A stretch of DNA of 64,000 nucleotides from Bacteroidia bacterium (GTDB lineage: Bacteria > Bacteroidota > Bacteroidia > Flavobacteriales_D > JAUILH01): assembly GCA_030433115.1 (NCBI GenBank), contig JAUILH010000001.1, forward strand, positions 19,682-83,681, read 5' to 3'. Below are positions 56,866-64,000 of the stretch, piece after piece. Both the position numbers and the translations under genes were made by a program. The notes beneath the pieces are model-generated. The model made no database searches. It was not told the DNA's origin and saw only the letters and a list, made by a program, of their open reading frames with translations. Position 1 is the stretch's first letter; each line of letters opens with the position of its first letter.

Positions 56866-58068
56866 CTATTTTTCAATCATGGCAATGGCTGCCTCAATAT
56901 ACCAATACACATCTTCAGGATGGTCTGAGTCAAGTTTATCTCCTCGATAGTAGCCCGTTCGCACAATTACAATGTCGTGATTGGGCACACAAATAATGTA
57001 TTGCCCGCGAATGCCACGTGCATAGAAAACATCATGACCTTCATAAGAGGTAATCCACCAGCTTAGGCCATATTTGGTGTTCTTATCACCTTCTTCGGTT
57101 TTAAGGTTGGCAGGTGTAATGCTCTCCCTCACCCATTTTTCAGAAACGATTCTTTCTCCTGCCCACTTACCTTTATTGAGAAACAGTTGCCCGATTCTGG
57201 CAAAATCTCTTGTGGTTGCATACACACAACAAAATGTCTTTTCATGCCCGTTTCTTTCATCCAAATTCCACAGAGCGTCAGAGGTACAGCCCAAAGGTCC
57301 CCAGAGTTTCTCACTTGCATAGTCGCTTACAGTTTTTCCGGTAGCTTTTTCAATAACAAACCCAAGAAGCTGAGTATTGCCACTCATGTACCTAAAGACT
57401 TTCCCAGGTGTTTCAACCACATCCTGTTTGTCCATTAGCTTTTCCAAATCCCAACCATAGTAGGCTTCCGTATTGTCGGAAAATGGACTGGCACTTTCAT
57501 CCCAATTTAGTCCCGAAGACATGGTCAATAAATGTCTAATGGTGATGTCTTCTTTACCATCGCTGTTATAGCTTTTCACAAAGTCACCAACCGGCTGATC
57601 AATGCTCTTAATTTTTCCTTCATCAATAGCAATGCCAATTAGGATACTTACTATGGATTTCGCCACGCTAAATGAATTGGTCGTACTATCCTTAGTATGG
57701 TTGGCATGCTCTTCCCAGTAATTTTCAAAGTATAAACTGTCGTGCTTAATAATCAGGTAGGATTCTGTGTCAATGCTCTCAAATCGTTCAATGTCCTTCG
57801 GTCTCAGGTCATTTTTGGCGTATTGGTGATGTGTGTTCCATTCCACGGGATCAGTGGCTTTAACCACTCTGTTTTCGAAGGACTCATAATTGTGAATGCC
57901 CGGAAGCAATCTGGCTTTGAAAAGTGTGTTGGCCATGGCTCTGTACAAGTGGAATTTGCCCGAAATAATGATGTACAAATTCACCGAGACAATGATCGAA
58001 AGAATTGTCCACCCAAAGACCTTGAAGATCTTTTTCCACGGTATTTTGCGCATTCTATAAAAGGGCAT
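56866..58068 (-). CDS. Membrane-anchored serine hydrolase of the class-C beta-lactamase/PBP4* family
   Basis: SxxK motif 'NSFSVAKSIVS', an N-terminal TM helix 'VFGWTILSIIVSVNLYIII' and 'YMSGNTQLLG'. The start is ATG 58068 or 58053. The box at 58117-58124 argues against the ORF-track start at 58119. Confidence 0.65.
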   Translation of the reverse strand: MPFYRMRKIPWKKIFKVFGWTILSIIVSVNLYIIISGKFHLYRAMANTLFKARLLPGIHNYESFENRVVKATDPVEWNTHHQYAKNDLRPKDIERFESIDTESYLIIKHDSLYFENYWEEHANHTKDSTTNSFSVAKSIVSILIGIAIDEGKIKSIDQPVGDFVKSYNSDGKEDITIRHLLTMSSGLNWDESASPFSDNTEAYYGWDLEKLMDKQDVVETPGKVFRYMSGNTQLLGFVIEKATGKTVSDYASEKLWGPLGCTSDALWNLDERNGHEKTFCCVYATTRDFARIGQLFLNKGKWAGERIVSEKWVRESITPANLKTEEGDKNTKYGLSWWITSYEGHDVFYARGIRGQYIICVPNHDIVIVRTGYYRGDKLDSDHPEDVYWYIEAAIAMIEK

Positions 58069-58116
58069 GTATGAGTATAACGGTGTTTTTGATGAAAACG
58101 TTCCTAAATTATGCCA

Positions 58117-58124
58117 CAAAAGTA
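58117..58124 (-). promoter_or_regulatory. Candidate -7 box TACTTTTG for the serine-hydrolase/exonuclease operon
   Basis: Exact TAnnTTTG on the minus strand. No clear -33 element. Confidence 0.3.
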
Positions 58125-58158
58125 GTGGATAATCGTTTCGGGTGGATAAATACTTTCC

Positions 58159-58854
58159 TCACACAAGCTGGAAGTCAAATAATTTCGACAGATGGGACTT
58201 TAGTTTATCTTTCACCTCTGTCATTTCTACCGCTTGTCCCAACTCCTGTTGAAGACTTGTAACAGCTTTGTTTTGAATTCCACAAGGCACAATATGATTG
58301 AAATATGACATATCGGTATTGATGTTGAAGCCTATGCCATGCATGGTAACCCATCGACTGCATTTTACGCCCATGGCACATATTTTTCTTGCTTGAGGGG
58401 TGTCCGTATCAAGCCAAACACCTGTTTCACCAGAAGACCGTGTTCCCTTTAAACCGTATTCGGCCAATGTTAAAATCACAGCCTCTTCAAGGTAACGCAG
58501 GTATTTATGAATGTCATTGAAGAAAAAATCCAGATCTAAAATGGGGTAGGCAACAAGCTGTCCGGGACCATGATATGTGATGTCTCCACCTCTGTTGATT
58601 TTGTAATATGTGGCATTGATTTGGGCTAAAAAGTCATCCGTAATCAACAAATGTTCTTTTTTACCACTTTTTCCTAATGTGTATACGTGTGGGTGCTCGC
58701 AGAAAAGCAAATGGTGCTGGGTTGTGGCAGGTTCGGTATTGTTCCGTCGAGCTTCCAGCTTTAAGTCGACATTGGCTTTAAACAATTGTTCCTGATAGTC
58801 CCAGGCTTTTTTATAGTCTATGAGTCCCAGGTCTTTGAATTGGACTTTTTCCAT
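58159..58854 (-). CDS. lipB: Lipoyl(octanoyl) transferase
   Basis: 'CEHPHVYTLGKSGK', 'RGGDITYHGPGQLVAYPILDL' and 'KICAMGVKCSRWVTMHG' (catalytic Cys and Lys). Confidence 0.9.
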   Translation of the reverse strand: MEKVQFKDLGLIDYKKAWDYQEQLFKANVDLKLEARRNNTEPATTQHHLLFCEHPHVYTLGKSGKKEHLLITDDFLAQINATYYKINRGGDITYHGPGQLVAYPILDLDFFFNDIHKYLRYLEEAVILTLAEYGLKGTRSSGETGVWLDTDTPQARKICAMGVKCSRWVTMHGIGFNINTDMSYFNHIVPCGIQNKAVTSLQQELGQAVEMTEVKDKLKSHLSKLFDFQLV

Positions 58855-59840
58855 CAGAACTTTGACAACTCTCCCTTTAAGAAGTCTATCACTTCAATTT
58901 CAACCGCATCAACACCATTGAGTTCAGATAAGTACCAGCTCATCCAATCCCCAAGATTGATCAGATAGATTTGTCGCTCCAGTTTATTATTTCCCTTTGC
59001 CCATATCGTATTAACATGTGCCTTTTTAGACATAATTTCGGTGCAAAGATCCATTCGTTTGGCAGTGCGCTTATGATCGTCTTCTGTCCTAAATAGGAAA
59101 ACTTCATACTCACTTTTTCCACCACCCCATCCAACAAGCTCGTTGTGATTCATCTCTGGTAGAACATGGTGCCAGCACAAAGCCTTTGAATTTTCGTTCA
59201 GTTGTTGACGGAGTCTAATAATGACGCCTTCATAACCTGCCTCTGCATACAAAATGGCAGTTTTAGACTGTGCATTTTCTGCCATTTGCCGTGCCAACTG
59301 CTTGATAGATTCTTGTTCAGAAACGATTAAATCAATGGCGGGCTCTACAGCCGACAAATAATTTCCTGAGGTAATTTGATAATGCTGCATTAATCTGAAT
59401 AGCTGTACCATTGAATAGCCCAGGCAGGCTCTTGGAGGATTGCCACCAGGAACAATTATATGATTGAGGCCATGTTGTTCTGCCAAGTCTTTAACTACAC
59501 CTCCAGAAGTGATACATGCAACTTCAGCGCCTTTCTCAAGAGCTAGCTTCATAGAACTCAGCGTTTCTTCTGTATTGCCGCTGTATGAAGATACAATGAC
59601 TAATGTGGATGAATCAACAAAATTTGGCAAGCCGTAGTCACTATTGATAAGAATGGGGATCTGAGCTTCTTCCGAGATGATATCTGAAACGATTTTACCG
59701 CCAATTCCCGAGCCGCCCAAGCCCGTAATCACTATGTTTTTGATCTGGCGATCGTGAGGTTTGAGTACTGCTCTATTGGCAATTACAATGGCTTCTTGCA
59801 ACTGTTTGTCAAAGCCTTCAATTAACGTTTTCATCAGCAT
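58854..59840 (-). CDS. Bifunctional phosphoglucose/phosphomannose isomerase (SIS-domain family)
   Basis: SIS motifs 'ITGLGGSGIGG' and 'VIVSSYSGNTEETL'. Size is 328 aa. Its TGA shares one nucleotide with the lipB ATG. Confidence 0.7.
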   Translation of the reverse strand: MLMKTLIEGFDKQLQEAIVIANRAVLKPHDRQIKNIVITGLGGSGIGGKIVSDIISEEAQIPILINSDYGLPNFVDSSTLVIVSSYSGNTEETLSSMKLALEKGAEVACITSGGVVKDLAEQHGLNHIIVPGGNPPRACLGYSMVQLFRLMQHYQITSGNYLSAVEPAIDLIVSEQESIKQLARQMAENAQSKTAILYAEAGYEGVIIRLRQQLNENSKALCWHHVLPEMNHNELVGWGGGKSEYEVFLFRTEDDHKRTAKRMDLCTEIMSKKAHVNTIWAKGNNKLERQIYLINLGDWMSWYLSELNGVDAVEIEVIDFLKGELSKF

Positions 59841-59967
59841 AGGGCGTAAATTTACGAAATACCCCCCATAAGGTTACAGTCATTTTTATGTTGAACAAAC
59901 GAGATTCTTATTTGGCATAAAAATGATCGATAAAATCTGTATTTTCAAGCTCAATTTAAACTCAAAG

Positions 59968-60306
59968 ATGATGACAAAGTTTTTAGTGATTTACCACGCA
60001 CCCGCTGAAATGATGGCCAAAATGGGGACAGCTACTCAAGAGGAAAAAGAAGCTGGGATGAAAGCCTGGATGGACTGGAAAGCCAATATGGGAGATGCCG
60101 TTCTCGATTTTGGAGCACCATTGATGCCAGGAACAATGGTTGATGCTGATGGGAGTACTGCCTCAGCCAATAACGATAACACCGGCTATTCCTTGATTCA
60201 GGCCGAGAACATGGAAGCGGCTCAGGAAGCTTTAAAAAGCCACCCTCATTTGCAGTGGGGACCAGGATGCAGAGTTTCGGTTTACGAGTGCATTAATATG
60301 GGGTAA
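59968..60306 (+). CDS. Small hypothetical protein (112 aa; possibly a YCII/dimeric alpha-beta-barrel type)
   Basis: ORF only. 'FLVIYHAP...' at the N-terminus and 'ALKSHPHL' near the C-terminus resemble small stress/antibiotic-monooxygenase-like barrels. The functional guess is weak. Confidence 0.4.
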   Translation: MMTKFLVIYHAPAEMMAKMGTATQEEKEAGMKAWMDWKANMGDAVLDFGAPLMPGTMVDADGSTASANNDNTGYSLIQAENMEAAQEALKSHPHLQWGPGCRVSVYECINMG

Positions 60307-60393
60307 ATAGTCAGTTTATCAATTCAGGAGGACTTGTAAGACCATTAAAAAGTCCTTCACAAATCGTATCTTTAGTCGCTTCAAAAAAGTGCT

Positions 60394-62250
60394 ATGAGGA
60401 TATTTTTATTGTTGTTCGTTGTTGTAGTTGGGAGTCAGGCCTTTGCACAGAAGATAGATTCCCTTTGGGTCAAGGCGAACTATACCAAAAGCGAACATTT
60501 CATTAAAATGAGAGATGGAGTGAAGCTATACACAATTGTGTATGCGCCCAAAGATCAATCTCAAACCTATCCATTTCTGATGAATCGTACTTGCTACAAC
60601 ATCAGCTCGAAAAATGGATATCAGATTGTGGGTCAACCATCTGAAGCTTTGATTAGAGACAAGTACATCATTGTATATCAAGATGTCCGCGGAAGGTATA
60701 TGTCGGAAGGTACTTTTGATAACATGAGGCCCAATATTCCGGGCAATAAAAAGAAGGATATTGATGAGAGTTCAGATACCTACGATACCATTGAGTGGTT
60801 GCTTAAGAACATCAAAAACAATAATGGAAAAGTGGGTCAATTTGGAATTTCCTATCCGGGATATTATACCGCTGCAGCATTGCCAGATGCACACCCTGCC
60901 TTGGCCGCGTCTTCACCACAAGCACCTATTTCAGATTTTTTCTTTGATGATTTCCATCACCATGGGGCTTATTTGCAAAGCTATACCCCCGCGTTCGCTG
61001 TTTTTGGTTACCATAAGGATAGCTTGACCAGGGAAGGCTGGTTTGGAGAGGAGATCATGAGGTTGTTTAGCTTGCCAGTGATGGACGGCTATGAGTTTTA
61101 TTTAAAACAAGGGCCCTTGAAAAACATCACTGATAAGTTTCATCATGATAATTTCTTTTGGAAACAGATCATAGAACACCCCAATTACGATGAATTTTGG
61201 CAAAAAAGGTCTATCCTACCTCATTTAAAAGATGTCGATCATGCCGTTATGACGGTTGGTGGTTGGTATGATGCTGAAGATTTGTATGGCCCACTGAATA
61301 TTTATAAAAATCTGGAAAAAAATTGTCCAAAAGCTCACAATATGCTAGTTATGGGGCCATGGATGCATGGCGGTTGGGCAAGAGAACGCGGACAACAAAC
61401 AGTGAATCACATTTATTTTGGTGATAGTATTTCAAGTTATTATCAGACTCAAATTGAATTGCCATTTTTCCAGCATTATTTAAAGGGGCAAACGCATAGC
61501 TTTCCGGAAGCTCATGTATTTGATACCGGCGTCAAAGTTTGGAAACAGTTTGATCAATGGCCACCACAAGCCGAAACCACTCAGTTTACATTTGGTGAAA
61601 ATGGCAAGTTGTTGATTAACTCAACTGCTCAACCCGATCTGACATTTTCGTACTACAGTGATCCCAACAAACCTGTGCCATACCGGTCAGAAATAGAGGG
61701 TCTCACTTTTACGCCACGTTTGTTTATTACGGATGATCAGCGACATGCTTCAAAAAGACCAGATGTGCTCACATTTGAGACTGCGGTTCTGGAAGAAGAT
61801 TTGACCATTGCCGGAGAAATTTTGGCGGATCTCATGGTATCTACGACTGGTACGGATGCAGATTTTATCGTGAAACTGATAGACGTATATCCAGTTGACC
61901 ATGAAAATTATGAGCACAACCCGGAGAATGTGAAAATGGGTGGATACCAACAACTGGTCAGGCATGAGGTTTTTCGGGGACGTTTTAGAGAGAGTTATGA
62001 GAGTCCTAAGCCTTTTGTCGTGGATGAACCAACTCAGGTTAAATTTCCACTTCAAGACATTCTTCACACCTTTAAAAAGGGTCACAAGGTCATGATTCAG
62101 ATTCACAGCACATGGTTCCCTTATATTGATCGAAACCCGCAGAAGTATGTTCCCAATATCTACAAAGCTGAAGAAAGTGATTTTATACCGGCGACTATTA
62201 GAGTCCATGGTGCTAGTAAGGTGAGTGCTGGCGGAGATGTAGTGGAGTAA
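60394..62250 (+). CDS. CocE/NonD-family serine hydrolase (S15 X-Pro dipeptidyl-peptidase-like), secreted
   Basis: Signal peptide 'GSQAFAQ'. Nucleophile elbow 'GISYPGY'. The ~220-aa C-terminal jelly-roll region is typical of the family. Confidence 0.75.
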   Translation: MRIFLLLFVVVVGSQAFAQKIDSLWVKANYTKSEHFIKMRDGVKLYTIVYAPKDQSQTYPFLMNRTCYNISSKNGYQIVGQPSEALIRDKYIIVYQDVRGRYMSEGTFDNMRPNIPGNKKKDIDESSDTYDTIEWLLKNIKNNNGKVGQFGISYPGYYTAAALPDAHPALAASSPQAPISDFFFDDFHHHGAYLQSYTPAFAVFGYHKDSLTREGWFGEEIMRLFSLPVMDGYEFYLKQGPLKNITDKFHHDNFFWKQIIEHPNYDEFWQKRSILPHLKDVDHAVMTVGGWYDAEDLYGPLNIYKNLEKNCPKAHNMLVMGPWMHGGWARERGQQTVNHIYFGDSISSYYQTQIELPFFQHYLKGQTHSFPEAHVFDTGVKVWKQFDQWPPQAETTQFTFGENGKLLINSTAQPDLTFSYYSDPNKPVPYRSEIEGLTFTPRLFITDDQRHASKRPDVLTFETAVLEEDLTIAGEILADLMVSTTGTDADFIVKLIDVYPVDHENYEHNPENVKMGGYQQLVRHEVFRGRFRESYESPKPFVVDEPTQVKFPLQDILHTFKKGHKVMIQIHSTWFPYIDRNPQKYVPNIYKAEESDFIPATIRVHGASKVSAGGDVVE

Positions 62251-62332
62251 GGTTATTTCTTCCAATGGCTTTCAACCTGCAAAAGATTACTAGCCTATAC
62301 CCCTCAAAATGATTTAGACACCTTTTATCCAA

Positions 62333-62368
62333 TTGTTGTACAAACAACACTAGAAGAGCGTATCTTTG
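62333..62368 (+). promoter_or_regulatory. Candidate promoter of the outer-membrane receptor gene
   Basis: TTGTTG (62333-62338), a 22-nt spacer, then TATCTTTG (62361-62368), with only 8 nt to the ATG at 62377. Confidence 0.35.
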
Positions 62369-62376
62369 CGTCAGAA

Positions 62377-64000
62377 ATGAGGTATTTTCTGGTCATATTT
62401 TCTTGTTTAATTGGACTTGCAGCCGTGGCTCAGCCTGGCTCATCTGGATTTGATGGAGAAATTTTTGGTAGCATTAAGGACAAGGAAAGCGGACAAAACC
62501 TTGAATATGTTCTGGTAAAAGCCTTGAACTCAAAAGACTCCAGCATGGCAGCAGGGGTTGTTTCGGATGATAAAGGTGGCTATTCTTTGAAAATTGATCA
62601 ACCGGGCACTTACATAGTCAAGTTTCAAGTGGTTGGTTATCAAGCCCTGTTTAAGGGACCATTTGAGATCAATCAGGCAAACAACGTTGCCAATGTGGAT
62701 GTAAGTCTGTCATCAAATGATGTATTGGATGGAGATTTGGTGATAAAAGGCGATAAACCATTAGTGACCTATGAATTGGACAAGAAAATTGTAAATGTCG
62801 AAGATCAGCAGACCAATGCTGGTCAAACAGCTGTTGAAATACTGGCGAATGTACCGTCGATATCTGTTGACAATGAAGGTAACGTGATGCTCAGAGGCAG
62901 CGGTAGTTACACTTTGCTGATCAATGGCGTGCCAACAACAATGGATGCCAGTAATGCGCTGGCATCTATTCCTGCAAGCTCAATAGAGAATATTGAGATC
63001 ATCACGAACCCTTCTGCCAAATATGATGCGGAGGGAGCTGCCGGAATCATCAATATCATCCTCAAAAAGAAAAAGCTGGATGGCGTATCTATGTTGCTGA
63101 ATGCCAATGTTGGGAATTTCGAGAATTATGGAGGAGATTTCGCACTAAGCATTGGGAAGAAAAAATTCACGTTCAATATTTCAGCTAAATACAATAATCG
63201 AAACAACCCGAGAGACATAGATAAGAATAGAACTATGTATTTGACCTCCGGAACCACCCGTATTAAGTCTGATGGAGAAGGCGCCTGGAAACGCAGTAAT
63301 TATGGGGTTAATGCCGAAATTCAATACGAACCAAATTCCGGACATCAATTCATTTTGTCAAGTAATGTGGATCGCATGAATATGGTGCCATTTTTCTATC
63401 TTACATTTAAAGAATATGACAATGAGGTGCTGCAGTCGACCTATGAAAATCGTCAGAACAATATCATCGACATGAACAGCATGACCACAAGTCTGTTCTA
63501 TCAGCTCCGAATTAAAAGAGACCGGAATCATACCTTAACGCTTAAAGCCATTAATAGCTTGAAACAGGTGGATCAATTGGATTCTGCCATGTTTTATGAT
63601 TTGAATGGTAACCTGACTGGTGGCACAAAGTACACGGAGGTGGGCCCTGCCAACTTCAATCGTTTCAATATTGACTACGCGCGTCAGATGAAAAAAATAA
63701 GTATTGAGACAGGTGCACAGGTTCAGCTTGGTTACAGCGCAGATGATGGGAAGAACTACTATCTCGACTCGGCTACGCAAGATTTTATTTTAAATCCGGC
63801 ATTGACCTCTAATGTTGACTATACAAGAGATGTATATGCCGGTTATGGCATTGTGAAAGGAGGCTCAGATAAAATGACTTATCAGCTAGGTTTGCGCTCA
63901 GAATATACGTATCGTACGGTTGAAGCGGAAAATTTTTCAGATTTCGCTACGATAAAACGCCTGGACTGGTTCCCCTCTGCCCACTTTTCCTTCAATTTGA
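62377..64000 (+). CDS. TonB-dependent-receptor-like outer-membrane beta-barrel protein with an N-terminal carboxypeptidase-regulatory-like domain; the 3' end lies outside the window
   Basis: My own translation: 'MRYFLVIFSCLIGLAAVAQP...GSIKDKESGQNLEYVLVKAL...' then the plug region 'AVEILANVPSISVDNEGNVMLRGSGSYTLLINGVP...IENIEIITNPSAKYDAEGAAGIINIILKK'. The frame is open to nt 64000. This ORF is not in the ORF track because it lacks a stop. Confidence 0.75.
   Translation, partial: MRYFLVIFSCLIGLAAVAQPGSSGFDGEIFGSIKDKESGQNLEYVLVKALNSKDSSMAAGVVSDDKGGYSLKIDQPGTYIVKFQVVGYQALFKGPFEINQANNVANVDVSLSSNDVLDGDLVIKGDKPLVTYELDKKIVNVEDQQTNAGQTAVEILANVPSISVDNEGNVMLRGSGSYTLLINGVPTTMDASNALASIPASSIENIEIITNPSAKYDAEGAAGIINIILKKKKLDGVSMLLNANVGNFENYGGDFALSIGKKKFTFNISAKYNNRNNPRDIDKNRTMYLTSGTTRIKSDGEGAWKRSNYGVNAEIQYEPNSGHQFILSSNVDRMNMVPFFYLTFKEYDNEVLQSTYENRQNNIIDMNSMTTSLFYQLRIKRDRNHTLTLKAINSLKQVDQLDSAMFYDLNGNLTGGTKYTEVGPANFNRFNIDYARQMKKISIETGAQVQLGYSADDGKNYYLDSATQDFILNPALTSNVDYTRDVYAGYGIVKGGSDKMTYQLGLRSEYTYRTVEAENFSDFATIKRLDWFPSAHFSFNL

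Noticed and set aside
60329-60356. Hairpin AGGACTT-13 nt-AAGTCCT after the small ORF at 59968-60306, and a 6-bp hairpin (20031-20045) after the giant gene, considered as terminators
   Set aside because: The stems are short and AT-rich with large or minimal loops, and there is no convincing T-tract. This is too weak to call.
1-64000. Search for CRISPR arrays, tRNA/rRNA/tmRNA/RNase P/SRP RNA genes, IS elements, integrases, phage genes, toxin-antitoxin pairs or known defence systems
   Set aside because: No short direct-repeat/spacer array is present. No intergenic region has tRNA-like or conserved ncRNA motifs. No ORF has transposase (DDE), recombinase or phage hallmark motifs. The only repeats are coding ones (the giant-gene modules and the PKD units). 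I cannot exclude small ncRNAs without covariance-model scans.

Overview
This 64-kb chromosomal window is from a Bacteroidota genome. It best fits a pigmented, gliding Flavobacteriia-type organism. The evidence is GldH, five proteins with T9SS C-terminal sorting domains, a ~284-aa primary sigma factor, TAnnTTTG -7 promoter boxes and almost no Shine-Dalgarno sites. I could not identify the species from the sequence alone. I count about 53 protein-coding genes, tightly packed, with many 1-17-nt start/stop overlaps and several convergent stop-codon overlaps. I found no rRNA, tRNA, CRISPR array, transposase, integrase or phage genes. Most of the window is core housekeeping: rpoD, bcp, uvrC, gpsA, pheS, pgk, holB, PSP1/RicT-like, gldH, PBP1A, scoA/scoB, lipB, PGI/PMI. 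I do not see a recognisable defence island or mobile element, so the 'novel system' candidates below are hypotheses built from gene architecture, not established facts. The parts worth a second look are: (1) A carotenoid regulon split into two minus-strand operons 10 kb apart. One is headed by a CarH/LitR-type B12 photoreceptor gene (Wx9EH and ExHExG motifs visible), followed by an ECF sigma factor fused onto crtI-crtB-idi. Its consensus promoter is covered by three 22-bp-phased operator repeats. The other operon is an (A/G)TGA-chained unit in which a PLP-dependent dehydratase-like enzyme is coupled to crtD-like, cruF-like, crtZ and crtYcd genes. (2) A cluster of two SGNH proteins, two LysM domains and an oversized MBOAT protein. 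It looks like a peptidoglycan/glycan O-acetylation machine, and it is extended by a T9SS beta-propeller protein and a GT87-like membrane protein. (3) A 2381-aa T9SS cargo protein built from six ~303-aa modules. (4) scoA and scoB pulled apart, each abutted by a large GT-C-like membrane protein, with a DPM1/GtrB-like GT2 gene downstream. (5) A recurring promoter geometry, TAnnTTT(G/A)-N4-5-ATG, that implies leaderless mRNAs for several genes.
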